Part shown: in pieces, positions 35,165 through 44,790 of the stretch
Layout of the letters: each line of letters starts with the position of its first letter
Position numbering within the stretch: position 1 is the first letter of the stretch
Assembly (NCBI GenBank): GCA_031549735.1
Contig: JAVBPF010000002.1
Span: forward strand, 19,790 to 83,789
Source: Oscillospiraceae bacterium
Lineage (GTDB): Bacteria > Bacillota > Clostridia > Oscillospirales > UBA929
Direction: 5' to 3'
DNA length: 64,000 nucleotides
Position numbers and translations under genes: made by a program
The notes under the pieces: model-generated
The model's input: the letters and a program-made list of their open reading frames with translations, nothing else
Database searches by the model: none
What the model was told of the DNA's origin: nothing

Positions 35165-35543
35165 GTGTCTGTCTCTCCTTTGCCATACTCAAAATATGTA
35201 CAGTGGAAGCCCACCGTGTCACAAAAAATACCGCAAACGCGGGATGAAATCGATTGAGCCTCATGGCGTTTGCCGGAAAAATAGGAAACGCGACACTCGA
35301 GCAAAAATTCCATTAAGTGAGCAAACTGCTGAATGTACACGCGAAAAATGAAGGAGAATTAATAAATATGCATAAAGTATTATACCGCGCGAAGAAAATT
35401 TTGTCAATCTGCAATAATATTTACAGTCGTACAGATTTATTATGTTCACCAACTTGTTACACGAGTCCCATGATATAGCAAAGGCCGCCATCGTCAGCTA
35501 TAACAGCGACAATGACGGCCTCGTGAGCGATTGGAAGTGCGGT

Positions 35544-36860
35544 TTATGACGCGTTTTCGCGGCTGTCCACCGCTTTTTCACTGGTCTTAACAGAGGACTT
35601 GACCGGCGTCTTCTTCTTTTTCTTCTCGGGGTTATACTTGATGTCAGGCGGGGCGCCGTCTTTGACCGATTCTTCGGTGATGGTGACCACCTCGATGGTC
35701 GGGTCGGACGGGATATCATACATGATGGGAATCATCAGATTTTCAATGACTGAACGCAGACCGCGCGCGCCGATGTTGCGCTCGATGGCCCGATCGGCCA
35801 ACGCGCCCAAGGCCCCCGGCTCAATGGCCAAATCGACATCGTCGTACTCAACAAGTCGTTTGTACTGCTTGGTCAGCGCGTTTTTCGGCTCGGTGAGAAT
35901 TTTCACCAGCTCATCCCGGGACAGAGAGCCCAGCGGCGCGATGACCGGCAGGCGTCCGACCAGCTCGGGAATGATGCCGTACTTCAATAGATCGTGGGGC
36001 TGGATTTCTTTAAACAGCGTCGTGATGTCTTTTTCCTTCTTGCTCTCGACCACGGCGCCAAAGCCCATGCCCTTTTTGCCCAAGCGATCCTCGATGATCT
36101 TGTCGATACCGTCGAAGGCGCCACCGCAGATGAACAGGATGTTGGACGTGTTGACCTGAATGAACTCCTGGTGGGGGTGCTTACGGCCACCCTGCGGCGG
36201 GACATTGGCCACGGTACCCTCCAGAATTTTGAGCAGCGCCTGCTGCACCCCTTCCCCGCTGACATCGCGGGTGATGGAGGTGTTCTCGCTCTTGCGCGCG
36301 ATCTTGTCCAGCTCGTCGATGTAGATGATGCCGCGCTCGGCCAGTTCCACATCGTAGTCGGCGGCCTGCACCAGACGGAGCAGGATATTTTCCACATCTT
36401 CACCCACATAGCCGGCCTCGGTCAAGGTGGTGGCATCGGCGATGGCAAAGGGAACATTCAGAATTTTGGCCAGTGTCTGCGCGAAATAGGTCTTGCCGCA
36501 GCCTGTGGGCCCCAGCATCAGGATGTTGCTCTTCTGCAGCTCGACATCGTCGCCGCCGCCGAAGTAAATTCGCTTATAGTGGTTGTAAACAGCCACCGAG
36601 AGCGCGATTTTGGCCGCCTCCTGACCGATCACATACTCATCGAGCGTCTCCTTGATCTCACGCGGACGGGGCAACGTGTCGAGCGACTCGGGTGCTTTCT
36701 GCACAACGGTGTCGTGGTTCTCATCCAAAATGCTGAGGCAGAGATGCACACACTCGTTGCAGATGTAAGCTCCCGGGCCGGCGATCAGGCGTTTGACGCG
36801 GTCCTGATGTTTGCCGCAAAAGGAACATGTGATGGTCTTCTTGTCATCCATTCTTGGCAT
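35544..36860 (-). CDS. clpX: ATP-dependent Clp protease ATP-binding subunit ClpX
   Basis: Start at ATG 36860 after GGAGG; zinc finger CSFCGK..C..C; Walker A GPTGCGKT; [10 protein letters not shown]; IGARGLR. Confidence 0.95.
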   Translation of the reverse strand: MPRMDDKKTITCSFCGKHQDRVKRLIAGPGAYICNECVHLCLSILDENHDTVVQKAPESLDTLPRPREIKETLDEYVIGQEAAKIALSVAVYNHYKRIYFGGGDDVELQKSNILMLGPTGCGKTYFAQTLAKILNVPFAIADATTLTEAGYVGEDVENILLRLVQAADYDVELAERGIIYIDELDKIARKSENTSITRDVSGEGVQQALLKILEGTVANVPPQGGRKHPHQEFIQVNTSNILFICGGAFDGIDKIIEDRLGKKGMGFGAVVESKKEKDITTLFKEIQPHDLLKYGIIPELVGRLPVIAPLGSLSRDELVKILTEPKNALTKQYKRLVEYDDVDLAIEPGALGALADRAIERNIGARGLRSVIENLMIPIMYDIPSDPTIEVVTITEESVKDGAPPDIKYNPEKKKKKTPVKSSVKTSEKAVDSRENAS

Positions 36861-36917
36861 AAAAACCTCCTGAGATGGGCGCACACATTTTTGCGTTATT
36901 TTAAAAATAGAAACCAC

Positions 36918-37499
36918 TTAATGCTTGTCAATAACCTTATCGATGATGCCGTATTCCAGCGCTTGCTGGGCGGTCATGAAATTGTCGCGCTCGGTGTCGC
37001 GTTCAATAATGTCGAGGCTCTGGCCGGTGAGGTTGGCGAGCATCTCGTTCATTCTCTTTTTGATGCGGATGATGTGCTCTGCATGGATTTGGATGTCGGT
37101 GGCCTGACCCTGCGTGCCGCCGGAGGGCTGATGGATCATGATCTCGGCACTGGGCAGCGCCAAACGCTTGCCTTTGGCGCCGGCCGCCAAAAGGAACGAG
37201 GCCATCGAGGCCGCCATGCCGATACAGATGGTGGACACGTCGCACTTGATGTAGTTCATCGTGTCAAAGATGGCCATACCCGCCGTGATGGAACCGCCCG
37301 GGCTGGAGATGTAGAACTGGATGTCGCGGTCGGGATCCTGCGCTTCCAAATACAAAAGCTGCGCCACCACCAGACTGGACGTCACATCGTTGACGTCTTC
37401 GGACAGGAAAACGATGCGGTCGTTGAGCAGGCGGGAAAAGATATCATAGGAGCGCTCTCCGCGGTTGGTCTGTTCGACAACAATAGGCACTAAACTCAT
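36918..37499 (-). CDS. clpP: ATP-dependent Clp protease proteolytic subunit
   Basis: 193 aa; [11 protein letters not shown], catalytic GMAASM Ser, MIHQP His. Confidence 0.95.
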   Translation of the reverse strand: MSLVPIVVEQTNRGERSYDIFSRLLNDRIVFLSEDVNDVTSSLVVAQLLYLEAQDPDRDIQFYISSPGGSITAGMAIFDTMNYIKCDVSTICIGMAASMASFLLAAGAKGKRLALPSAEIMIHQPSGGTQGQATDIQIHAEHIIRIKKRMNEMLANLTGQSLDIIERDTERDNFMTAQQALEYGIIDKVIDKH

Positions 37500-37562
37500 A
37501 TCGTAACCTCCATCGACATTCTTAACGGTTAAAAAATCTTTATTCGTTTGATCCGTTTCTTC

Positions 37563-39002
37563 TTACTCGGCCGGGGTCTCCGCCGTATCTGCCCCGGCGT
37601 CCCTGGTTTCCTCCGGCGTGTTCTCTTTCGCGGCGGTCTTGGCCGGCGCGGCCTTCTTGGCGCGCGGTTTCTTGACGGGCGCCTCGGCGTCGGCAGGCGC
37701 TTTTACATCGACGACTACCGGCTCCTCGTTCGTCTCGATCGCTTTGGCGCGAACCAGCTGGGAAGCTTTGAGACAGAGTAGGTCGCGGCGCAGAGATTTG
37801 ACCGGGATGCTTTCCTTGACGCGCTCCAGCGTCACACTGTTGTTCTCGGCGATCTTTTGATATTCTTCCTCAAGTTCCTCATCGGTGACCGTCAGGTTCT
37901 CCTTGCCGGCGATGGTCTCGAAGGCGAGATTGGCGGTGACCTGCTTGAGGGCGCGGCGGCGCATATCCTCGTTCAAGCTCTCCGGGGTTTGCTGCGTGAT
38001 CTGCAGATAGGTGGCAAAGTCGATGCCCTGCGATGAAAGCCGATAGCTCAGATTCTGCAGGAAAGTGCTTGACTGCTCCTCCACCATCGGATCGGGCACG
38101 GTGACCGTTGTGTTCTCGACGATTTTGTCGACCAGCTGACCCTCCACCTTGTCCTCGACGTCCCTGTCCTTACTCTCGGCCATCTTCTTCTTCATATCCG
38201 CGCGGAATTCGGCCAGCGTGTCGAACTCAGATACATCTTTGGCGAACTCGTCATCCAGTACGGGCAGTTCACGAGCCTTTACCTCATGGATAAACACACG
38301 AAATACGGCCTCTTTGCCCGAGAGTTCGGGCGCGTGGTACTCTTCGGGGAAGGTCACCTTGACTTCGCCCGACTCTCCGGCCTTCTTGCCGATCAACTGT
38401 TCTTCGAAGCCGGGAATAAAGCGGCCCGAGCCCAACACCAGCGTGGCGCGCTCGTCCTTGCCGCCGTCAAAGGGCACGTCATCGACGAACCCCTCATAGT
38501 CGAGAATGACCGTGTCGCCGTTTTGCGCCGGGTCGGCACTTTCGACCATGCGGGCGTTGCGCTCCTGCAGGTGGGACAGCTCATGATCGACTTCCTCTTC
38601 CTCGACCGTGACGGGGGGTTTGTAAACGGTGAGGCCCGTGTAGTTTTCAATCTCGGCGGTGGGCCGCACAAAGAACCGCGCGATGAAGGTGAAGCCCTCC
38701 TTGGAGAGATCGGTCACCTCGATGTCGGGGCGCTCGACCGGATCCAACCCCTTTTCCTCGATGGCCGCATCCACGGCGTCCGGATAGGCGAAATTGACGG
38801 CGTCCTCATAAAAAACCCCTTCGCCGTAAAGGGTTTCAATCATTTTGCGCGGCGCTTTGCCCTTGCGAAAGCCGGGCACGTTCATTCGCTTTCCGTTTTT
38901 CTGATAGGCCAAATCAACGGCCTTCTCGAACGGCTCTTTCTCCACCGTAACGGTAAGCGCAACGCGGCCGTTTTCTTCGGTTTCCATGGATTTGATGATC
39001 AT
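37563..39002 (-). CDS. tig: Trigger factor
   Basis: GGAGGA 8 nt before ATG 39002; GFRKGKAP ribosome-binding signature; FKBP-type middle domain; position upstream of clpP-clpX. Confidence 0.93.
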   Translation of the reverse strand: MIIKSMETEENGRVALTVTVEKEPFEKAVDLAYQKNGKRMNVPGFRKGKAPRKMIETLYGEGVFYEDAVNFAYPDAVDAAIEEKGLDPVERPDIEVTDLSKEGFTFIARFFVRPTAEIENYTGLTVYKPPVTVEEEEVDHELSHLQERNARMVESADPAQNGDTVILDYEGFVDDVPFDGGKDERATLVLGSGRFIPGFEEQLIGKKAGESGEVKVTFPEEYHAPELSGKEAVFRVFIHEVKARELPVLDDEFAKDVSEFDTLAEFRADMKKKMAESKDRDVEDKVEGQLVDKIVENTTVTVPDPMVEEQSSTFLQNLSYRLSSQGIDFATYLQITQQTPESLNEDMRRRALKQVTANLAFETIAGKENLTVTDEELEEEYQKIAENNSVTLERVKESIPVKSLRRDLLCLKASQLVRAKAIETNEEPVVVDVKAPADAEAPVKKPRAKKAAPAKTAAKENTPEETRDAGADTAETPAE

Positions 39003-39183
39003 ACTCTTATTCCTCCGTTGTCTCTAGGCTCATCTGTATGTTCCCACTCGGTTATCGCTCATACTATCATACAATCAAAAAGAATTCCACAAAAATATCA
39101 TTCAGACAAACCCGCAACTTTTGTGCAATCTGCCCGTGATGTTCCTCTACGGCCATCTTGTTCCGGGTGAGGCGAGGCCCTAT

Positions 39184-39897
39184 CTACAGCACTCTGACCG
39201 GCTGAAAACGCAAATGGTCGGCCGAGACGAGCCGATAATCGATGCCATCATACAACCCCTCGATGGCGCGCGCGCATACGGCGCCGTGCAGATGGCCAAA
39301 ATAACACCGCTTCACGCGATACTTTTTCAAAATCTCTATGATTTCATCGCAGCGATAGCCCTCATACAGCGGCGGGTAGTGCAAAAACGCGATGGCCCAT
39401 TCCCCTTCTTCGGGAGGATCCACAATCCTCTTGGCCGCCTCCCTCAGCGAGGCCTCCAGCCGCATGCATTCGCGCTGAAAGACCTTCTGGTTGTGCCCAC
39501 CCTTTCGGTCTTCCTCCAGAAACCAGCCCCGCGTTCCCACCAGCATGATATTGTTGTATGCGAGCGCGTTGTTGTGGAGGATTTCGAAGCGGATATAGCC
39601 CTGCGCGTCGAAAAACGACTGCATTTTGGCGGCGGTTGTCCACCAATAGTCATGATTGCCCTTGATCAGGATCTTTCGGAACGGAAATGATTCCAAAAAA
39701 GAAAAATCGGCGGCGGTCTGCTCCAAACTCATGCCCCAAGACGTGTCGCCGGCCAAAACAAGCGTGTCGTCGGTGGTCAAGGCGGAAAGGCTCTCTTTTA
39801 TTTTCTCCTGATAACCAATCCATGCGCCGCCAAAGACGTCCATCGGCTTGTCGACGCCCAATGAGAGGTGCAAATCTCCTATTACGTAAAGCGCCAT
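39184..39897 (-). CDS. Metallophosphoesterase family protein
   Basis: MALYVIGDLHLS, GD..W, GNHDYWW, GHLH motifs of calcineurin-like phosphoesterases. Confidence 0.85.
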   Translation of the reverse strand: MALYVIGDLHLSLGVDKPMDVFGGAWIGYQEKIKESLSALTTDDTLVLAGDTSWGMSLEQTAADFSFLESFPFRKILIKGNHDYWWTTAAKMQSFFDAQGYIRFEILHNNALAYNNIMLVGTRGWFLEEDRKGGHNQKVFQRECMRLEASLREAAKRIVDPPEEGEWAIAFLHYPPLYEGYRCDEIIEILKKYRVKRCYFGHLHGAVCARAIEGLYDGIDYRLVSADHLRFQPVRVL

Positions 39898-40143
39898 GAC
39901 CGACCTCCTGCTTGAGTATAAACAGCCGACATAAAGTCTATACTAATTATATTCCCCGGGGCGCACGGTGTGCATGCCAGGCATAAAAATGCCGATTATC
40001 CGGCATTTTCCGATGGAAAACATGTCGGGTTCAGCCCAACTGACTGCCCTCTCCCCCGACGCGTTGGCCGTCCGTGTCTGATCCGGATTTCCCTAGAGCC
40101 GATGGTGCCATATGGCATCGGCTACCTGAGTATAAAGGAGAAA

Positions 40144-40338
40144 ATGAAAGATATGTTTGGAAACCACGACCAGAGCAAGAACACCAAGATTACAGGCGTC
40201 AACTGCAGCGTGTCCACCTGTTCGCACCACGGCACTGGCAACTGTTGCCGTGCGACCAACATTCAGGTCGGCACCGAATACGCGACCGACAAAAGCGAGA
40301 CGTTTTGCTCCACGTATAGGCAGAAGCCTGGGACCTAA
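40144..40338 (+). CDS. DUF1540 domain small Cys-rich protein
   Basis: ATG 40144 after AAGGAG; GVNCSVSTCSHHGTGNCCRATNIQVG...ETFCSTY matches the DUF1540 pattern as recalled. Confidence 0.7.
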   Translation: MKDMFGNHDQSKNTKITGVNCSVSTCSHHGTGNCCRATNIQVGTEYATDKSETFCSTYRQKPGT

Positions 40339-40370
40339 GTAACCGTCGGAACAAGCAATATAAGGACTTG

Positions 40371-40403
40371 AAAAGGGTTCACGGACAGTCCGTGAACCCT
40401 TTT
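40371..40403. terminator. Bidirectional intrinsic terminator between DUF1540 gene (+) and thrC (-)
   Basis: GGGTTCACGGA (40375-40385) / TCCGTGAACCC (40389-40399), 3-nt loop, flanked by AAAA and TTTT. Confidence 0.8.
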
Positions 40404-40450
40404 ATCCGGCGAAAGATTTATTCTTCTCGGACAGGTTCTCGACCGTGGCG

Positions 40451-41941
40451 CTACTTGGACAAGAACTGGTCAACTGCCTTTTTCAGCTCGTCCCGCGCCA
40501 GCGACTGAGTAAACCGAACCGGTTTACTTTGCAGCTCGGCCAGAGGTTTGGGTATAGGCTGACCGGTGTGTTCGGACAGCAAACGCATCTTCTCAAATTC
40601 GTCGTCCGGTGCTACCAAAGAGAGCGCCTGAAGCACGGCGTCAGAGAACTTAAAGGGACTCGCGGTTGAGCAAATCAGCATAGGCCTGTCCGAATTACGG
40701 GCGGCACGGTACCGCTCGGCTACGCAAAAGGCCACGGCCGTGTGCGGGTCAAGCAGATAGTGCTCCCGCGCGAAGACATCCGCGATGGTGGCCAGAGTCT
40801 GGTCGGCGTCGACCGTGTCGGCATGGAAAACGGAGCGGAACACATCAAGGCGCTCGGAAGACAACTCATAATGCCCTTCCTTGCCCAGCGTGCTCATACA
40901 ATCGCGGACAAAGTCAGGCTGGTTGTGCGACAGATGGAACAGAGCTCTCTCGAGATTGCTCGAGATGAGAATGTCCATTGAGGGTGATGAGGTTGTAAAG
41001 AAAGGCCGCCGGGCGTTGTATCGACCGGTTTGCAGAAATTCGGTCAACACATCGTTCTGATTGGAGGCGCAGAGCAGCTTGCGTACAGGCAACCCCATTG
41101 TGCGGGCAAACAGGGCGGCCAAAATGTTTCCGAAGTTACCGGTCGGGACACAGATGTCGATCTCCTGCCCCATGTCGAGGCTACCCGCGGACACCATGTC
41201 ACAGTACGCCGATACATAATAGGCTACCTGCGGCAGCAGACGCCCGAGATTGATGGAGTTGGCCGATGAGAAAAAGCGACCGTGCGAACGCAGCGCGCCG
41301 CGCACCTCCTCGTCGGTAAACAGCGTCTTGACGGCCGTCTGAGCGTCGTCAAAGTTTCCCAAAACTGAGAAAACGCCGACGTTGTCCCCTTCCTGTGTAA
41401 CCATCTGCAGCGCCTGCATACGCGAGGTGCCGTCCTTGGGATAGAACACCAGAATTTCGGTGCCCGGGATGTTAGCAAACGCCTCCAGCGCGGCTTTGCC
41501 CGTATCGCCGGAGGTGGCGGTGAGGATGAGCGCCGTTCCCTCCTCGCCGACGTTCTTCTGCGAGCCGAGCATCAGACGCGGCAGCATTTGCAGCGCCATA
41601 TCCTTGAAGGCACAGGTCGGCCCGTGCCAGAGCTCCAGGACGTGCATCCCGCCGCTCAGAGCTGAAACCGGGCAAGGCTGCGCGCCGAATTTATTGAAGC
41701 CGTAGGCCTGGCTTGTAAACTCACGAAGTGTGTCATACGAGAAGTCTTCGCTCAAAAATAGCGACATCACATAAGCCGCACGATCGGTATAGCCGAGCGG
41801 AAGCAACGCGGTGATTTCCAATATCGAGAGCGACGGGAAGGATTCAGGCGTATAGAGACCGCCGTCGGGCGCCAGACCGGAGACAATGGCGCGCGCCGCC
41901 GATACGGGCAGACTCTGTCCTCTTGTGCTTACGAAGTGCAT
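40451..41941 (-). CDS. thrC: Threonine synthase
   Basis: 496 aa; MHFVSTRG, PTCAFKD (PLP Lys), TSGDTG motifs. Confidence 0.92.
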   Translation of the reverse strand: MHFVSTRGQSLPVSAARAIVSGLAPDGGLYTPESFPSLSILEITALLPLGYTDRAAYVMSLFLSEDFSYDTLREFTSQAYGFNKFGAQPCPVSALSGGMHVLELWHGPTCAFKDMALQMLPRLMLGSQKNVGEEGTALILTATSGDTGKAALEAFANIPGTEILVFYPKDGTSRMQALQMVTQEGDNVGVFSVLGNFDDAQTAVKTLFTDEEVRGALRSHGRFFSSANSINLGRLLPQVAYYVSAYCDMVSAGSLDMGQEIDICVPTGNFGNILAALFARTMGLPVRKLLCASNQNDVLTEFLQTGRYNARRPFFTTSSPSMDILISSNLERALFHLSHNQPDFVRDCMSTLGKEGHYELSSERLDVFRSVFHADTVDADQTLATIADVFAREHYLLDPHTAVAFCVAERYRAARNSDRPMLICSTASPFKFSDAVLQALSLVAPDDEFEKMRLLSEHTGQPIPKPLAELQSKPVRFTQSLARDELKKAVDQFLSK

Positions 41942-42840
41942 ACGTTGTCCACAACCCTCATCAGTGAATTGAAGAAAATGCTGTTGGCCGTTGCCTCGGA
42001 TAGGTTTTTTCGCAGCAGGAGCTCATACAGGGCCGGCAGATCCTCCAGACCGGCGCAGCCATAAGGCGCGTCGATTCCTCCGTCGAAATCACAACCCAAT
42101 CCCACGTTTTCGGCCCCCCCAAGACACAGAAAATGTTCGATATGCCGCCACACATGCTCCCATGTCGCGGGTTTCCCGGATGCGAGAAAGGGGGCGTGCA
42201 GGTTGATGCCGACAAAACCGCCGGATCGCACGATGGCGCTGAACTGGTCGTCGCGCAGGTTGCGGCGATGCGGACAGACCGCAAACGCGTTGGAGTGACT
42301 GGCGATGACGGGCTTCGATCCGGCCCATTCGATGACGTCCCAAAAGCCGCGTTCGGAGAGATGGGAAACATCGACCAAAACCGGCTGAGAAAACAGGAAT
42401 TGAGTGCACCGGCGCCCTGCGTCGGTCAGTCCCAGCTCGGGTGTGTCGGCGCCTCCCGCTAAGGCGTTGGGGGCGTTCCAGGTGAGCGAGACCATACGCA
42501 CGCCGGCCTGTACGGCCGCTTCCAACCGTGCGGGATGACAGTCCACCACATCGGCGCCCTCGATGGAGAGGAAGGCCGCCAGCTTATGCTGCGCGAAGGC
42601 AACGCGCGCCTGCGCCCCCGTCCGGCACAGCGATACGAGGTCATTGTGCCGCGACAGTTGGCGGGTGAAATGCGCGTGTATCTTCGAAAAGGAGAGCTTC
42701 CAATAGGCGAAAAATCGTGCGTGCGGCGCGTAATACTGTGAGCGCGTCAGGTCGACCTGGCCGACGTTGTCTCGAAGGTCTCCCCCGTTTTCATACAGGC
42801 TCGATGCCGTGTCGCAGTGGGCGTCAAAAAGCGGAAGCAT
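41929..42840 (-). CDS. Membrane dipeptidase (peptidase M19) family protein
   Basis: Start at ATG 42840, 7 nt after GGGAGG (MLPLFDAHCDT); VDVSHLS, ASHSN, DFDG motifs; 13-nt overlap with thrC. Confidence 0.85.
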   Translation of the reverse strand: MLPLFDAHCDTASSLYENGGDLRDNVGQVDLTRSQYYAPHARFFAYWKLSFSKIHAHFTRQLSRHNDLVSLCRTGAQARVAFAQHKLAAFLSIEGADVVDCHPARLEAAVQAGVRMVSLTWNAPNALAGGADTPELGLTDAGRRCTQFLFSQPVLVDVSHLSERGFWDVIEWAGSKPVIASHSNAFAVCPHRRNLRDDQFSAIVRSGGFVGINLHAPFLASGKPATWEHVWRHIEHFLCLGGAENVGLGCDFDGGIDAPYGCAGLEDLPALYELLLRKNLSEATANSIFFNSLMRVVDNVCTS

Positions 42841-42884
42841 ACACAAACCTCCCTGATTTCAGGGGGTACGCCCGGCGCAGGTCC

Positions 42885-43256
42885 TTAGCGCTCGCTTGCG
42901 TCAAAGGCGTCCATGATATGGTGTATGCGCGGTATGTTGTCCGAAAGACCGGGCAAAACCTCAATGACGTCAAAACGGGCGGGATACTCGTCGCGTTTGT
43001 CCTCACTCAACCAGAGCGCCGCCGTCTTGATGAGTTTCATTCGCTTGGCCGGCGAAACCGCGTCGGAGGGACGGGCAAACCGTTCGGAACTGCGCGTTTT
43101 GACCTCGACAAAAACGTAACAGCCGTTTTTCTCGGCGATGATGTCAATTTCTCCATACCGAGAATGCATGTTGCGCGCGACAATCGTATAGCCGTTGGCC
43201 TCCAAATGGCGACAGGCCAACTCTTCGCCTTGCGCGCCCAGCGCCTTGGCGGTCAT
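42885..43256 (-). CDS. yraN: YraN family (UPF0102) endonuclease-like protein
   Basis: 123 aa; GEELACRHLEANGYTIVARN..RYGEIDIIA....VFVEVKTR. Confidence 0.88.
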   Translation of the reverse strand: MTAKALGAQGEELACRHLEANGYTIVARNMHSRYGEIDIIAEKNGCYVFVEVKTRSSERFARPSDAVSPAKRMKLIKTAALWLSEDKRDEYPARFDVIEVLPGLSDNIPRIHHIMDAFDASER

Positions 43257-43888
43257 GACGGCCGCCCCTGACTCACCACACGGGTCAGAAAGGAAGCGCG
43301 GTGGAGCGGCGTGAGTCCAAGCTCACGAATCCTCTGCAAGTGCAGCGCCGTGCCGTAGCCCTTGTGCTTTTCCAGCGCATACCCGGGATACTGTTCGGCC
43401 AGTGAGACCATCAGGCGGTCGCGCGTGACCTTGGCCACAATGGACGCGGCCGCGATGCAGGCGCAAGTGCGGTCGCCGCCGATCATGCACTCGGTCGGAT
43501 AGGCCAGACCGGGATCAGCGTTCCCATCCACCAGCACGAGATGGGGGGATACGGACAGCCCGACCACAGCGCGGGTCATGGCCAGCTTGTTGGCCGGGAC
43601 GATGCCCAGCGTTTCAATCTCCTCAACACTGGCTTCGGCCACGCACCAGGCGATTGATTGCTCGATGATGAGAGGATACAACATCTCACGGCGGCGCTCG
43701 GTCAACTTTTTGGAATCGTTGAGCCCCGGCAGGTCGGCGTCCTCACGCAGAATGACCGCCGCGGCCATAATCGGTCCGGCCACCGGCCCGCGACCAACTT
43801 CGTCAACCCCGCAGACATAAAAGGGCAACAGGGCGGCGGCCTCACGGCGCAACCGCTCCAAGGCAAACAAATCGACCGTTTCGGTCAT
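43253..43888 (-). CDS. rnhB: Ribonuclease HII
   Basis: GVDEVGRGPVAGP, DSKKL, AASIVAKVTRD, GYG motifs. Confidence 0.93.
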   Translation of the reverse strand: MTETVDLFALERLRREAAALLPFYVCGVDEVGRGPVAGPIMAAAVILREDADLPGLNDSKKLTERRREMLYPLIIEQSIAWCVAEASVEEIETLGIVPANKLAMTRAVVGLSVSPHLVLVDGNADPGLAYPTECMIGGDRTCACIAAASIVAKVTRDRLMVSLAEQYPGYALEKHKGYGTALHLQRIRELGLTPLHRASFLTRVVSQGRPS

Positions 43889-44790
43889 GTCGCATCCTCC
43901 TGACGGGGGTTAGCAGGTTCAGCCGCGCTCACTGCGACGTCGGGACGCTCCAGAGTGATGCGTCCCAGCTTGCCGCCGCGAAACTCATCCAAAACGGTAT
44001 GCGACATCCGCTCGGTATCGGGCACTCCTCCCGAAAGCAGAAAGCCGCGCTTGCGGGCGGCGGCTTCCAGCAGGTGAAAGCCGATCGGCGGTTCGACATC
44101 CTCCGCCGAAATCTTATATCGCGCGCGCAGCGCGTCGGGGACAAGGGAGGAAAGCCGTTCGAGCAGCAAAGAGGCCAGCTCTTCGGTGTCGAGGATATCG
44201 TCCCGGATGGCGCCGGTGAAGGCCAGCAGATGTCCGGTCTCCTCATCCTCAAACTTGGGCCAGAGCACGCCCGGCGTGTCCAGCAGATCCAGTCCGTTGG
44301 CAATATGATACCACTGCTGCCCGCGCGTGACGCCGGGCCAGTCGGCCACGACGGCCGACTTGCGGCCGGTCAGCTTATTGATGAGTGAGGATTTGCCCAC
44401 ATTGGGGATACCCAGAATCATGACGCGCAGGGCTTTTCCGGTCTGTCCCTTCTCCTGAAGACGCTTGAGCTTCTCGGCCAGGAGCGCGCGCACCGACGGT
44501 ACAAAGGACTGGACGCCTTCGCCGGTATTGGCGTTGATCGTGATCGCGGCAAAGCCACGGGCGCGGTAATTGTCAACCCAAAGCTTGTTCATCTGAACAT
44601 CGGCCAGATCGGGGCGGCTCAACACGATCAGACGGGGCTTGCCCGGCGCGATGATGTCCATATCCGGGTTTTGTGAGGCGCGGGGAATGCGTGCGTCGAC
44701 GATCTCACAGACCGCGTCCACCAGCTTCAGCTTGTCCTCAATCCCACGGCGCGCCTTGGTCATATGGCCGGGAAACCATTGAATTCTCAA
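43885..44790 (-). CDS. rbgA: Ribosome biogenesis GTPase A (YlqF/RbgA)
   Basis: MRIQWFPGHMTKARR; circularly permuted GTPase (VLSRPDL before GIPNVGKSS, DTPG). Confidence 0.92.
   Translation of the reverse strand: MRIQWFPGHMTKARRGIEDKLKLVDAVCEIVDARIPRASQNPDMDIIAPGKPRLIVLSRPDLADVQMNKLWVDNYRARGFAAITINANTGEGVQSFVPSVRALLAEKLKRLQEKGQTGKALRVMILGIPNVGKSSLINKLTGRKSAVVADWPGVTRGQQWYHIANGLDLLDTPGVLWPKFEDEETGHLLAFTGAIRDDILDTEELASLLLERLSSLVPDALRARYKISAEDVEPPIGFHLLEAAARKRGFLLSGGVPDTERMSHTVLDEFRGGKLGRITLERPDVAVSAAEPANPRQEDAT

Noticed and set aside
35994-37493. 499-aa plus-strand ORF; similar long ORFs occur at 48854-49924, 16250-17476, 4229-5209 and 53596-54330
   Set aside because: All are antisense to confidently identified genes (clpX/clpP, addA, scfB, the SEDS-like gene, the M14 peptidase) and have shadow-ORF composition.
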